The position numbers were made by a program, and so were the translations under genes. Shown piece by piece: positions 1 through 8,609 of a DNA stretch of 64,000 nucleotides. The notes under the pieces were generated by a model. That model had not been told where the DNA came from, did no database searches, and was given only the letters and a program-made list of their open reading frames with translations. How positions within the stretch are numbered: the stretch's first letter is position 1; each line of letters starts with the position of its first letter. Origin of the DNA: a virus (taxonomy: Duplodnaviria; Caudoviricetes); the IMG/VR virus record IMGVR_UViG_2920951204_000001, positions 64,001-128,000 of that record. One strand, given 5' to 3'.

Positions 1-157
1 AATCATTTAAGTCAACCAAACCTGAGCAAACGACATAATCATTTTCTGAATCATTTGGACATGTATCAATCCAAAGTGCTTGAATAAATTTATATCTTCT
101 TTCTCCTAATGGTTTACACCACTGCAAATCGTCTGTTTTGTACCATTCGTTTGACAT
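1..157 (-). CDS. hypothetical phage protein, truncated by window edge (MSNEWYKTDDLQWCKPLGERRYKF...)
   Basis: ATG at 157 with GGAGG RBS; frame stays open to position 1. Confidence 0.7.
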   Translation of the reverse strand, partial: MSNEWYKTDDLQWCKPLGERRYKFIQALWIDTCPNDSENDYVVCSGLVDLND

Positions 158-197
158 ATAATCGACCTCCATTCTGTCAAGAAATCCTCATTTCATT

Positions 198-665
198 CTA
201 TTCGGCAGGACATTCAAAACAACAAATGTTAGCCTCTTCATAAGTTAATGTAAATATCATATCCCTTTCTCCGTCTGTATTTTTTAATACAATATAGTCT
301 TCTTTTACATCGATAATTTTGCAGGTTTCCCCATCCATGCATACTAAACCGCTTGTGGTGTACAAATCGTAATATCCAACATCTCCGTTTTCATTATTTT
401 CTGTATTAATCCATCCACATTCAGTACCAAAATTGCTTTCGTATAATGTTTTAATGCTTACAGTTACTTCTTCGCCTGTTATATATCCAATCTTGCAGTT
501 GCAAATTTCGCTATAATCAAAGCAAGTTCCTGTGTATGATTCAAAGAAGTTATCACATAATCTTTTGATTCTTACATTGTAGTGTTCTCCCTTATAATCA
601 AAATCAACACGCATATTTTCTAAAAATTCCTTATTTCCATCTGTTAATATTTTTCTTAAATACAT
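198..665 (-). CDS. hypothetical phage protein
   Basis: ORF track; start moved to MYLRK at 665, behind a GGAGG RBS. Confidence 0.75.
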   Translation of the reverse strand: MYLRKILTDGNKEFLENMRVDFDYKGEHYNVRIKRLCDNFFESYTGTCFDYSEICNCKIGYITGEEVTVSIKTLYESNFGTECGWINTENNENGDVGYYDLYTTSGLVCMDGETCKIIDVKEDYIVLKNTDGERDMIFTLTYEEANICCFECPAE

Positions 666-699
666 AATAATTCCTCCATTCTTCCAAAGAAACTCTTGT

Positions 700-831
700 T
701 TACTCTTCTTTTTCTTCAACATCATAAGTACAATCAATTCCGTTGTTATCAAGCCCTGCACTAACTGCTCTTTCTACATCTTCTACTGATGAGTTATCAT
801 ATATTTCAATAGTTACTGTAATTGTTTTCAT
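700..831 (-). CDS. small acidic hypothetical protein (43 aa, MKTITVTIEIYDNSS...)
   Basis: Hand-translated ORF with AAGGAGTG RBS; fills the intergenic gap. Confidence 0.65.
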   Translation of the reverse strand: MKTITVTIEIYDNSSVEDVERAVSAGLDNNGIDCTYDVEEKEE

Positions 832-848
832 ATCTTATCACTCCTTTC

Positions 849-1196
849 TTATAATTTTATCTTTTCATAATTGGGAATCATCTGAATAAATTCATCATCA
901 AATTCGCTTAATCCACCACTTGCAAATACATATTTTGCTACATCTGGAACAAATATCATAAGATTATCAGGATATTTTCTTTCATCCTTAATTGCAAAAT
1001 ATCCTCTTTCTTTTACATCATCGTCTTCAAAGTAATAACCAAAAATCATTTCTATTAAATTTTTCATTGATGTTTCTGGTTCGTATTTCTGTTCTCGGAT
1101 CCATGCAGCCATATAATCGTAATCACACCATTTTTCTTTTGGGTATTTACTATAATCTTTTTCTTCCGTCCATTCACCTGTCCACTGATTTACCAT
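849..1196 (-). CDS. hypothetical phage protein
   Basis: ORF track; start MVNQW behind AAGGAGTG RBS. Confidence 0.7.
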   Translation of the reverse strand: MVNQWTGEWTEEKDYSKYPKEKWCDYDYMAAWIREQKYEPETSMKNLIEMIFGYYFEDDDVKERGYFAIKDERKYPDNLMIFVPDVAKYVFASGGLSEFDDEFIQMIPNYEKIKL

Positions 1197-1241
1197 ATTA
1201 ATCACTCCTTTCTCTTCAAGAAACAGTTCTTTCAACTGGGT

Positions 1242-1457
1242 TTAAATTTCTACAAATACACAATATTGTTTATTATCATTCATATATCTTTTTAAATCCT
1301 TTTCTGTTCCATTTCCTGCTTTAAATGCATTTTTAATTCTTTCTTTTGTCCATTTCATAAAATATCCATCTTTAATCGCTTTTTCTCTTGATTCTTTTGT
1401 ATCTCCACCATATACTTCATTTAATATTTTCTTGCTTATTTCACATATCATTATCAA
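1242..1457 (-). CDS. hypothetical phage protein
   Basis: ORF track; GAGGTG RBS; tightly packed with neighbours. Confidence 0.65.
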   Translation of the reverse strand: MIMICEISKKILNEVYGGDTKESREKAIKDGYFMKWTKERIKNAFKAGNGTEKDLKRYMNDNKQYCVFVEI

Positions 1458-1467
1458 TCACCTCATT

Positions 1468-1689
1468 TTAATCTTCATAAAAACTACGTTTCGCTTGCAT
1501 TAATTCACCATATCTCGCTTCTGATAATATCTGCCATCTACCTAAACTATGATCCGATCTCACATTCTTTGTGAATTTTCTAACGTCATCCCAAAATGTT
1601 TCCATATTGTGCAATGTATTCAATTTCTTAATTTTTGCATAATCTGCATTTTCCATAACATAACTTTCTAACATATCCCTCAACCTCAC
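1468..1689 (-). CDS. hypothetical phage protein
   Basis: ORF track; tightly packed. Confidence 0.65.
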   Translation of the reverse strand: MRLRDMLESYVMENADYAKIKKLNTLHNMETFWDDVRKFTKNVRSDHSLGRWQILSEARYGELMQAKRSFYED

Positions 1690-1692
1690 TTT

Positions 1693-2331
1693 CTATGCTA
1701 TCTGCCTTGCTATGTCTTCAATGTTTCCATCCATTACAATCACAGCATCTTTGTTGTCAGGATGTTTATCCATAAAATCTCTCAATCCTTCAAACTGCTT
1801 GTTGTCTGCGTTTTCAATCATCTGCCTTACATCTTTATTGTGCAGCTTAATCAGATAAACCTTTTCATAATACTGTTTGAATAACAGATTTTTCTTTTCA
1901 CAATACTGCTTAATCAAATCAATCTGTTTCTGTTCTTCTTCTCTGATTGCTTCAACTCTCGCCTTCTCATTGGCTTCTGCCTGTTCTTTTCGCTTACGAT
2001 TTCCAATCAGATGATTAAATAATGAGTTTGTTTCACACAGATCCTTAATAACTGCATTGTCAATGTCATATGTATCAGGATTATCTTTATCAATCCACCA
2101 TAAAAAATTATCAATCGTCCTATTGAAATTCTCTTCAAAGATACATCTGTTACCAAGATTTCTGTTGTAGATTTCCTCTCCGTTTCGCTCAATCCGTAAT
2201 GATGTATATACATTTTCATCCGGTTTATTATTATAGATAGTCCATTCATATCTATCCTGTCTGCCATATACGGTTAATCCATATGCACTGTATAACTGTT
2301 TCTTTTCATTCTTTAAATATAAAAGTCCCAT
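1693..2331 (-). CDS. hypothetical phage protein
   Basis: ORF track; start MGLLY behind AAGGAG RBS. Confidence 0.75.
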   Translation of the reverse strand: MGLLYLKNEKKQLYSAYGLTVYGRQDRYEWTIYNNKPDENVYTSLRIERNGEEIYNRNLGNRCIFEENFNRTIDNFLWWIDKDNPDTYDIDNAVIKDLCETNSLFNHLIGNRKRKEQAEANEKARVEAIREEEQKQIDLIKQYCEKKNLLFKQYYEKVYLIKLHNKDVRQMIENADNKQFEGLRDFMDKHPDNKDAVIVMDGNIEDIARQIA

Positions 2332-2396
2332 TCTGTTCTCCTTTCCAATAAATAAGACAGACACACTTGTTTACATCTGCCTTTATATTCTCCAAT

Positions 2397-2888
2397 TTAC
2401 CATTCATCTTCGTCCCAATATTCATCGTCATATTCATCATTGCTCCAACCCTGATAAGGATCACTTAATGATGGGGAAACATCTTTATATTCCATTTTTT
2501 TTGTGGTTATTTTAATTGGATATTTTAAAGTTGTGTTATCTTCATCGTAACAAGCCATTATAATTCCAAGATAACGGAGTTCACAATCAATTTCTTTTCC
2601 TTCGTAATATGCCTGTAAATTTTCAATATCCTTTTCGCATGTGTTACATTTCCATTTCCCTTCTTTAATTTTGTTGATAATCTCCGGTATAATTTCCTTG
2701 TTCCATTCAGGAATCAGATTATATACATCATATTCTCCGAAATCTCCATAGCCATCATAACAACTTTCATAGATTGCTTTTCCATATTTCTCCTGAAATG
2801 GTTTTGGTACAAGTAAATATGTCTCTGCATATACATTATCTAATAACTGTTTATTTGTATCTGAATAAATCCAACTAAATTGTCCCAT
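2397..2888 (-). CDS. hypothetical phage protein (MGQFSW... N-terminus, acidic C-terminus)
   Basis: ORF track; AAGGTGA RBS. Confidence 0.75.
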   Translation of the reverse strand: MGQFSWIYSDTNKQLLDNVYAETYLLVPKPFQEKYGKAIYESCYDGYGDFGEYDVYNLIPEWNKEIIPEIINKIKEGKWKCNTCEKDIENLQAYYEGKEIDCELRYLGIIMACYDEDNTTLKYPIKITTKKMEYKDVSPSLSDPYQGWSNDEYDDEYWDEDEW

Positions 2889-2938
2889 ATTATCACCTTT
2901 TACCTTTCTAAAATTTCACTGTAAATTACAATTTCCTG

Positions 2939-3127
2939 CTAATCTTCTAATATCCAATTACCAACTTTATTTCCGTTGATATCCATTATGTAACCAGCTT
3001 GATATCCGTATTCAAGTTTTTCTTCAATCTCTTTTAAATTTCGTCTTAACTCATATGCACTTCTATCAAGCTCGCCATCTTCATCTCTATAAGCTGCTCC
3101 ACCTGTTTTAATCTCAATTTTCAACAT
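2939..3127 (-). CDS. hypothetical phage protein (MLKIEIKTGGAAY...DINGNKVG)
   Basis: ORF track; start refined by RBS. Confidence 0.7.
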   Translation of the reverse strand: MLKIEIKTGGAAYRDEDGELDRSAYELRRNLKEIEEKLEYGYQAGYIMDINGNKVGNWILED

Positions 3128-3383
3128 AACACTCGACCTTCCTTTCAATTCTAAATCTCGTATTTTCTGGATGTATTTCATAAATCAATTTACACCAATT
3201 TTCATCCTTAATACATTCACTCAAATACTTGTTATCAGGCGTAAAATAATATGCCTTATGACCTTCCTTTGGTGAATCCTCTGTTGTATCTTTCCATTTT
3301 GTAATAATCACCATTTCATACTTTTTATTTCCGTCATATAAAGTACCAGCTAAATGAGCTGTATATAATTTGTATTTACTCAT
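3114..3383 (-). CDS. hypothetical phage protein
   Basis: ORF track; overlaps its neighbour. Confidence 0.65.
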   Translation of the reverse strand: MSKYKLYTAHLAGTLYDGNKKYEMVIITKWKDTTEDSPKEGHKAYYFTPDNKYLSECIKDENWCKLIYEIHPENTRFRIERKVECYVEN

Positions 3384-3384
3384 A

Positions 3385-3564
3385 TCAATTACCAATCCTT
3401 TCTCTCCATTTCTTAATTCTTACGGGATAATTCACATTCTCTTTGTATGTTTTTAACTGCACTTTTGCATCTGCTCTGTCTTCACAATTACATTCAATAT
3501 TCCATCCATAACCACAATTTCCTTCGATTGCGTAGCAATCTTTTGTTCTTCTCTTATATGCCAT
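3385..3564 (-). CDS. small hypothetical protein (59 aa, MAYKRRTKDCYAIEGNCGYGW...)
   Basis: Hand-translated; start overlaps the upstream stop codon. Confidence 0.7.
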   Translation of the reverse strand: MAYKRRTKDCYAIEGNCGYGWNIECNCEDRADAKVQLKTYKENVNYPVRIKKWRERIGN

Positions 3565-3725
3565 TATCGTAATCCCTCCTCTGTATATTCTGCATAACTA
3601 ATATGCCATCCTTCGTCTTTATGTCTCTCTAACAACTGCTTTAATTCATCATCCGAATATCCAGCTTTCCAACCTACAATATATCCATTCTTATCTCTTA
3701 TACATAATTCCACATCTTTTTTCAT
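3564..3725 (-). CDS. hypothetical phage protein (MKKDVELCIRDKNG...)
   Basis: ORF track; start refined by GAGGAGG RBS. Confidence 0.65.
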   Translation of the reverse strand: MKKDVELCIRDKNGYIVGWKAGYSDDELKQLLERHKDEGWHISYAEYTEEGLR

Positions 3726-3726
3726 A

Positions 3727-4140
3727 TCAATATTCCTCCTCATAAAATTTAATTGTTCTTTCCTTTTCAGCTTCATATTTCGCTTTATCAGTAAACAATG
3801 TGAGATAAATATCTCCCTCTGTATATGTAAACACTGCCATCTGTTCATCTGAATAAGCATAAGAACTATATCCGTCTACCTGAACTAAATCGAATTTGCA
3901 TTTCTTTGCAAACTGGTAACTTAAATCGGACATCCAATGTCCACCTAACATGTAATTACCATTTCTATCTTCTGTCTCTTCCATGAAGTTTACATTTGCA
4001 ATCCGTTTTGTATCTTCATTTAGTGAATATGCGGATAAATCTAAGTCTGCAATTTCATATTCGCTTTCTACTTTCTTCACTCCAAGTTTTCCAATTAATT
4101 CAAAATATTCATTTCTCGGAACATATTTCATACTAATCAA
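3727..4140 (-). CDS. hypothetical phage protein
   Basis: ORF track. Confidence 0.75.
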   Translation of the reverse strand: MISMKYVPRNEYFELIGKLGVKKVESEYEIADLDLSAYSLNEDTKRIANVNFMEETEDRNGNYMLGGHWMSDLSYQFAKKCKFDLVQVDGYSSYAYSDEQMAVFTYTEGDIYLTLFTDKAKYEAEKERTIKFYEEEY

Positions 4141-4149
4141 CCTGCCTTT

Positions 4150-4566
4150 CTAATCTCTCCAACTTCTTGTTACTGTGTCATATAAAGCTCCGTTTGCATC
4201 CTGGTATTCATCGTCTTCTGAATATGTGAATACATAGCATTTATGACCATTAATATTTTTTGTTTTTCTTTCACCATATAAGATTGCATATCTTTCTCTG
4301 AAACCTGCACTATCACACATTTCTCTCATTTCTTCATCTCTCTTTGGATTTCCGCAAGCTGCTTGCACACATCCGTATAACCATCCATTCAGATAATCAA
4401 TATTATAACAATACTGTCTCCATGAATCTGAATCATCAGTGAATACATAGAAGCTCTCTCCATCGTCTCCTCTTGTAATCCGTGGCTTGCCAAAGTTTGC
4501 AATAAATGCCTGTAAATTGTCTTTAACAATTTCCATTTCGTTTTTTGTAAAATCATACATAATCAT
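4150..4566 (-). CDS. hypothetical phage protein
   Basis: ORF track; AAGGAGG RBS. Confidence 0.75.
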   Translation of the reverse strand: MIMYDFTKNEMEIVKDNLQAFIANFGKPRITRGDDGESFYVFTDDSDSWRQYCYNIDYLNGWLYGCVQAACGNPKRDEEMREMCDSAGFRERYAILYGERKTKNINGHKCYVFTYSEDDEYQDANGALYDTVTRSWRD

Positions 4567-4638
4567 TTCCTCCTTGTAATAAAATAGGCAGCTAGGTATT
4601 TATTCTCCTAACTGCCTTTGCGTTTGCGTTATTTTTGT

Positions 4639-4899
4639 TTAGTTACTAAATTGAATTAATTCAAGATATTTTCTCTGTAGTTTTTCATTTGTAACTGTTC
4701 TGCCTGTCCGTGTTTCAAGTATATAATTCTTTTTATTTGATATACTTACATCAAATAACCTGTCCCCATTATTAAAATAATAGGTTTTCCCTTGAGTTCT
4801 AACAACTTTTAATCCATATTTCAAATAGTCATTATAATTATCTGCGTCAGCTTTATCTGTAAAATAGATTACTTTATTCTTATCTTTTACTTCATACAT
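4639..4899 (-). CDS. hypothetical phage protein
   Basis: ORF track; AAGGAG RBS. Confidence 0.7.
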   Translation of the reverse strand: MYEVKDKNKVIYFTDKADADNYNDYLKYGLKVVRTQGKTYYFNNGDRLFDVSISNKKNYILETRTGRTVTNEKLQRKYLELIQFSN

Positions 4900-4933
4900 T
4901 TATATCATCGCTCCTTCCAAAGAAATCTTAGTT

Positions 4934-5098
4934 TCAATTGTCGTCTCCATCTTCGATTAATTCTTCGCATTCAGGACAACACAAGCATTTCTCTTTTTCG
5001 TTAAATGCTAAGTCAACTATCCCAAAATTTGTGTCCCATCTATATCCACAAGCGGGACATTCTGATGTGTTTTCATCTATTATAATTTTGTAACCCAT
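4934..5098 (-). CDS. small zinc-ribbon protein (54 aa; CPACG...CPEC)
   Basis: Hand-translated; GGAGG RBS; two CxxC pairs. Confidence 0.7.
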   Translation of the reverse strand: MGYKIIIDENTSECPACGYRWDTNFGIVDLAFNEKEKCLCCPECEELIEDGDDN

Positions 5099-5134
5099 AT
5101 TTGCCTCCAATCTTCTAAAGAAATGCGAATTTTA

Positions 5135-5272
5135 TTACCAATTCATCACAGTACAACATTCTTCTGTTTTTAATCCGTTTTCTTTACAAAATCCCTCTGC
5201 TTCTTCCCACGCAGTAAAAGATATAACGTTTGGTTCTTCATCTTCTGTATCATTCCATGTTACATATACCAT
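5135..5272 (-). CDS. small hypothetical protein (45 aa, MVYVTWNDTEDEE...)
   Basis: Hand-translated; AAAGGTAGG RBS. Confidence 0.6.
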   Translation of the reverse strand: MVYVTWNDTEDEEPNVISFTAWEEAEGFCKENGLKTEECCTVMNW

Positions 5273-5309
5273 TTTTATACCTACCTTTCTAATCTAATGA
5301 AACACGCAT

Positions 5310-5423
5310 TTATTTAGTTATATTCTGGTAGTGTTTGCAATTCTTACACTCGCTACATTCACACCTAATTCCCTTATCTGCATTTATTTTGTAAATACAT
5401 TCAGGTTCTTTATCTAATGGCAT
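5310..5423 (-). CDS. small Cys-rich protein (37 aa, MPLDKEPECIY...CECSECKNC)
   Basis: Hand-translated; GGAGG RBS. Confidence 0.55.
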   Translation of the reverse strand: MPLDKEPECIYKINADKGIRCECSECKNCKHYQNITK

Positions 5424-5605
5424 TTTATACCTCCATTTCCCTTATTATAAGTGACTCTTGTATCAAAATGATATTCTTTTAATTTTGTTTCATCTAATTT
5501 CAATACACCGTAAGCAATCATATCGTTTAATTCATCCATTCTGATAAAACACCCGTTAGAATTGTTTTCAGATACATTAAAATCTGAAGGATACATTCTA
5601 TCCAT
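5414..5605 (-). CDS. hypothetical phage protein
   Basis: ORF track; AAGGAGG RBS. Confidence 0.65.
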   Translation of the reverse strand: MDRMYPSDFNVSENNSNGCFIRMDELNDMIAYGVLKLDETKLKEYHFDTRVTYNKGNGGIKCH

Positions 5606-5656
5606 AATTATTACCTCCTTATAAAATATCCATTTTATGATATTGTCTCCCTCCTT

Positions 5657-5980
5657 TTACTTAATAAATGCTAAAATGTTATCTTTTTTCCTGCCATATA
5701 ACCGGCAAGGTGTCTCATGTGCTTCTGCATTCTTAATGTCGATTAGTTCAACAGTTTCGATCCAATGCGGATACCTTCTATTACCCTGATTATACGACAC
5801 CTTTAAAGCTAAATATAAGGGTTTACCGGGCTTCCGCTCTCTTGCTTTTCTAATTCCTTCTATAACATTTTTTTCCTTTGCTTCCTGTAAAATTCTACAA
5901 TGTGAATATGGAATATTTTCCACTGATTTTTCCGCCATCTGATTAATTTTTTTATAATCTTTTAATGTTATTGTTTTCAT
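5657..5980 (-). CDS. hypothetical phage protein
   Basis: ORF track; start MKTITL behind GGAGG RBS. Confidence 0.7.
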   Translation of the reverse strand: MKTITLKDYKKINQMAEKSVENIPYSHCRILQEAKEKNVIEGIRKARERKPGKPLYLALKVSYNQGNRRYPHWIETVELIDIKNAEAHETPCRLYGRKKDNILAFIK

Positions 5981-5991
5981 TTTAAAACCTC

Positions 5992-6144
5992 CTACCATCT
6001 CAATATCTCTTCTTTCCGTTGTATCTGTATAAGTCTTTGAAAATCATTTTCACCCATCAAACAAGCTGCTTTATGTCCCAGTTTTACAATCACAAATAAC
6101 TTTCCATGTCTATAATAGCGATTAATAACTTTGATTTTATTCAT
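5992..6144 (-). CDS. small hypothetical protein (50 aa, MNKIKVINRYYRHGKL...)
   Basis: Hand-translated; GAGGAGG RBS. Confidence 0.6.
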   Translation of the reverse strand: MNKIKVINRYYRHGKLFVIVKLGHKAACLMGENDFQRLIQIQRKEEILRW

Positions 6145-6293
6145 TTTTACCTCCTCTTAACTTTTCTATTGTTTGATTTAACTTTCCAATGCCACAAATA
6201 TATTTTTTACCTTCCATAAAAATAGCATAGTGATCAGATTCTCTTTTTACTTCCATGTTTTCATTAATGTATATATGCATTGATTCCACCTCC

Positions 6294-6656
6294 TTATTTT
6301 TCCTTAACGCTTATAATTACATCATCTGTTATATTGTTTTTTGTTCCGTTGTCGTGTATTTTTAATATGTATGTTTTACCCTTTTTAAATTTTCCACTAT
6401 ATCCCCATGCGTTCCCATCCTCCGTATAAAAGGTATTTATTCCTTTTATTTTTCCAGCATATATGGCTTTTTCTGTGCGTTCTGTTACATATTTGTAATA
6501 ATTTCCTTCTGTTTTTATGTCGCTTTGAATTGCGTAAGTTGTGTTTTGAATATTTAAAAATTTTCCAATACATAGAATTAATAAAGCAGTGGCGGCGATC
6601 ATTCCTGCTGTCGCCGCCCTATTTACTAATTGATGTTTACGCTCTCTAACTGTCAT
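6294..6656 (-). CDS. secreted or membrane-anchored hypothetical protein
   Basis: Start MTVRERK with GGAGG RBS; N-terminal hydrophobic helix. Confidence 0.7.
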   Translation of the reverse strand: MTVRERKHQLVNRAATAGMIAATALLILCIGKFLNIQNTTYAIQSDIKTEGNYYKYVTERTEKAIYAGKIKGINTFYTEDGNAWGYSGKFKKGKTYILKIHDNGTKNNITDDVIISVKEK

Positions 6657-6684
6657 TTTTCTACCTCCTGACTCCTGAATTTTT

Positions 6685-6885
6685 TTATAAATTATATTTA
6701 TTAAGTGATAAATTTCCGTTTTTACAATATTCATTCATTAATTTAATCGCATCTAACTCATATAATTGTGTTGTATATATGCAAGTTACTAAAAAGTTTT
6801 TTATAGTTTTTGCCGTTATGTCATTGATTAAATTATATTTTTTTAAAATTTTATCCATCTTTTTTTCTGCTTGTATTGCATTCAT
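6685..6885 (-). CDS. hypothetical phage protein
   Basis: ORF track; AAGGAGG RBS. Confidence 0.6.
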   Translation of the reverse strand: MNAIQAEKKMDKILKKYNLINDITAKTIKNFLVTCIYTTQLYELDAIKLMNEYCKNGNLSLNKYNL

Positions 6886-6889
6886 GTTT

Positions 6890-7105
6890 TTACCTCCTTT
6901 TATAAAATTCATTCAATGCTTCATTTATCCATATAGATTTTACCTGCTGAAATTCTGAACCGTAAATAAAGTCTAAAGCGTCACAAAATGCTTCATATTG
7001 TGCCAATTCGGTACTATCAAAAATGCTTTTTTGGAAAGAATTATATTTTGAACAATTCAAATGCAATTCTTTAAAATATTCTTTACATTCATTTAATTTT
7101 TTCAT
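6890..7105 (-). CDS. hypothetical phage protein
   Basis: ORF track; GGAGG RBS. Confidence 0.65.
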   Translation of the reverse strand: MKKLNECKEYFKELHLNCSKYNSFQKSIFDSTELAQYEAFCDALDFIYGSEFQQVKSIWINEALNEFYKRR

Positions 7106-7192
7106 TTTTCTACCTCCAATTTTCAAAAAATAAAAAGCAACCTATAAAATTTATAGATTGCTTTATAAAGTGTTATTTAGTTGTTTTATTAA

Positions 7193-7549
7193 TTAAATGA
7201 AATACATTTCCCCATTGATCTCTAAAGCGATGGCATCCTGCTTTAACTCTTCCTTAAGTTCTGTACAAAGATCTATCACTTTATCGATTCCGTTTTGTAA
7301 GTCGTTCTCGTTACAATATGCGAAAACTGTTGTACTTTTTTCTTTAACTAATCCGGCTGTCGGTGACTTCCAATAGCCGAGTGTGGTCGTTGCTGTTGCT
7401 CCACCGAATAGATCAGACATTAGAGACGCTACACGGTCAACGTATGGAGTATTGTCTATTTCTTCATTAATATTGATGGTTGCCGGAACGATAACAGTTA
7501 CCTTGCTGCTAAGTTTAAATAAATTCTGAAGTTTTGAGTTTTTAATCAT
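7193..7549 (-). CDS. DUF3574-like (PII/ferredoxin-fold) phage protein
   Basis: Motifs FGGAT...GYW...LVKE...LKQDAIA resemble this family; terminator at ~7131-7165. Confidence 0.55.
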   Translation of the reverse strand: MIKNSKLQNLFKLSSKVTVIVPATININEEIDNTPYVDRVASLMSDLFGGATATTTLGYWKSPTAGLVKEKSTTVFAYCNENDLQNGIDKVIDLCTELKEELKQDAIALEINGEMYFI

Positions 7550-7956
7550 TGCTTGATCCTCCTAAATTGTTTTTATTATATAATTTTATTAGTTATTTAT
7601 GCAAGCGATTTATTAGCATTTTTCAAGGGATATGACTAATTTTTATATTGATATGTTTAATCTTTGCGATCCCTTCCATACAGTCAGGATATACCAGATA
7701 TAAAAACGTCTCACGTTTGTTACTTTTATAAATCGTTTGCATCTTATAATTAATAAAATTTGTTTAGTGCCATTAATTAGCTGTATTCTTATGGGGTTGT
7801 ATCTTATACTCTACCCGATGGACAGCTTGCCATGCCTATATTTTGATAACGGAGGTAGTTAGGCATCCTCCAAGCTATTAGGTTATCATTGTGCATAAAA
7901 GGCAAGTTGTAATTGAATACCACGGCTTGACCGCTTGCCTGATATATTATTCTCTC

Positions 7957-8139
7957 TTAGTGCTGTGTTAGCTTGCCGTTTAGATACTTGTATTCAACAC
8001 TGTTGATTGAGAATAAAACATAATCAATTGAGCTGTTAGAATCTGCCTCTAAAAGAGTGATACTTTTAAGAGTTGGCTCAAATCCATAGTTCTTTTTCAT
8101 TTCATTTTTAACAAATTTTTTAATATCGTTTTTTGTCAT
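7957..8139 (-). CDS. hypothetical phage protein; first gene of the leftward arm
   Basis: ORF track; AAGGAGG RBS. Confidence 0.65.
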   Translation of the reverse strand: MTKNDIKKFVKNEMKKNYGFEPTLKSITLLEADSNSSIDYVLFSINSVEYKYLNGKLTQH

Positions 8140-8183
8140 AGTGACGACCTCCTTTTATTGACACCTTGCAGCTTGTTTTTATA

Positions 8184-8352
8184 GAACAGCCGTTCGTTTT
8201 GGTGTGTTTCCCTTTCTTTATCTTATATAAGTATTATACTATACTTATATTGAAATATCAATACTTTTATTGATAAAATAGTATACAAAGATCAATACTT
8301 TTACCATTATATTTTTGTGCATATTGACATATTAAAAATAGTATTGTATAAT
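8184..8352. promoter_or_regulatory. divergent sigma-A promoter pair with a putative SOS (LexA/DinR) box
   Basis: Minus-strand TTGATA-N17-TATAAT (8261-8233); plus-strand TTGACA-N17-TATAAT (8324-8352); GAAC-AGCC-GTTC at 8184-8195; repeated TCAATACTTTTA between the promoters. Confidence 0.65.
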
Positions 8353-8387
8353 CAATATTAATTTTATATAAGAGGAGTAAAAGCAAT

Positions 8388-8609
8388 ATGAGATATAATG
8401 GTGATATAATGGAGATCATGAAAAAGATTGAACATATTAAAATTGACGAAAATATAACGAATAAAGATATTTCAGAAAAGACCGGAAAGAGCAAGCAAAC
8501 TGTAAGCAATTTATTAAATGGGCAATCTAAAAACATAACCTTAGACACCTTAAAAAACTTAAGCGATGCTGTGGGCTATGATCTTATTATTGATTTTAAG
8601 AAAAAATAA
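8388..8609 (+). CDS. XRE/Cro-CI family HTH transcriptional regulator
   Basis: ITNKDISEKTGKSKQTVSNLLNG...ITLDTLKNLSDAVG HTH signature. Confidence 0.85.
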   Translation: MRYNGDIMEIMKKIEHIKIDENITNKDISEKTGKSKQTVSNLLNGQSKNITLDTLKNLSDAVGYDLIIDFKKK

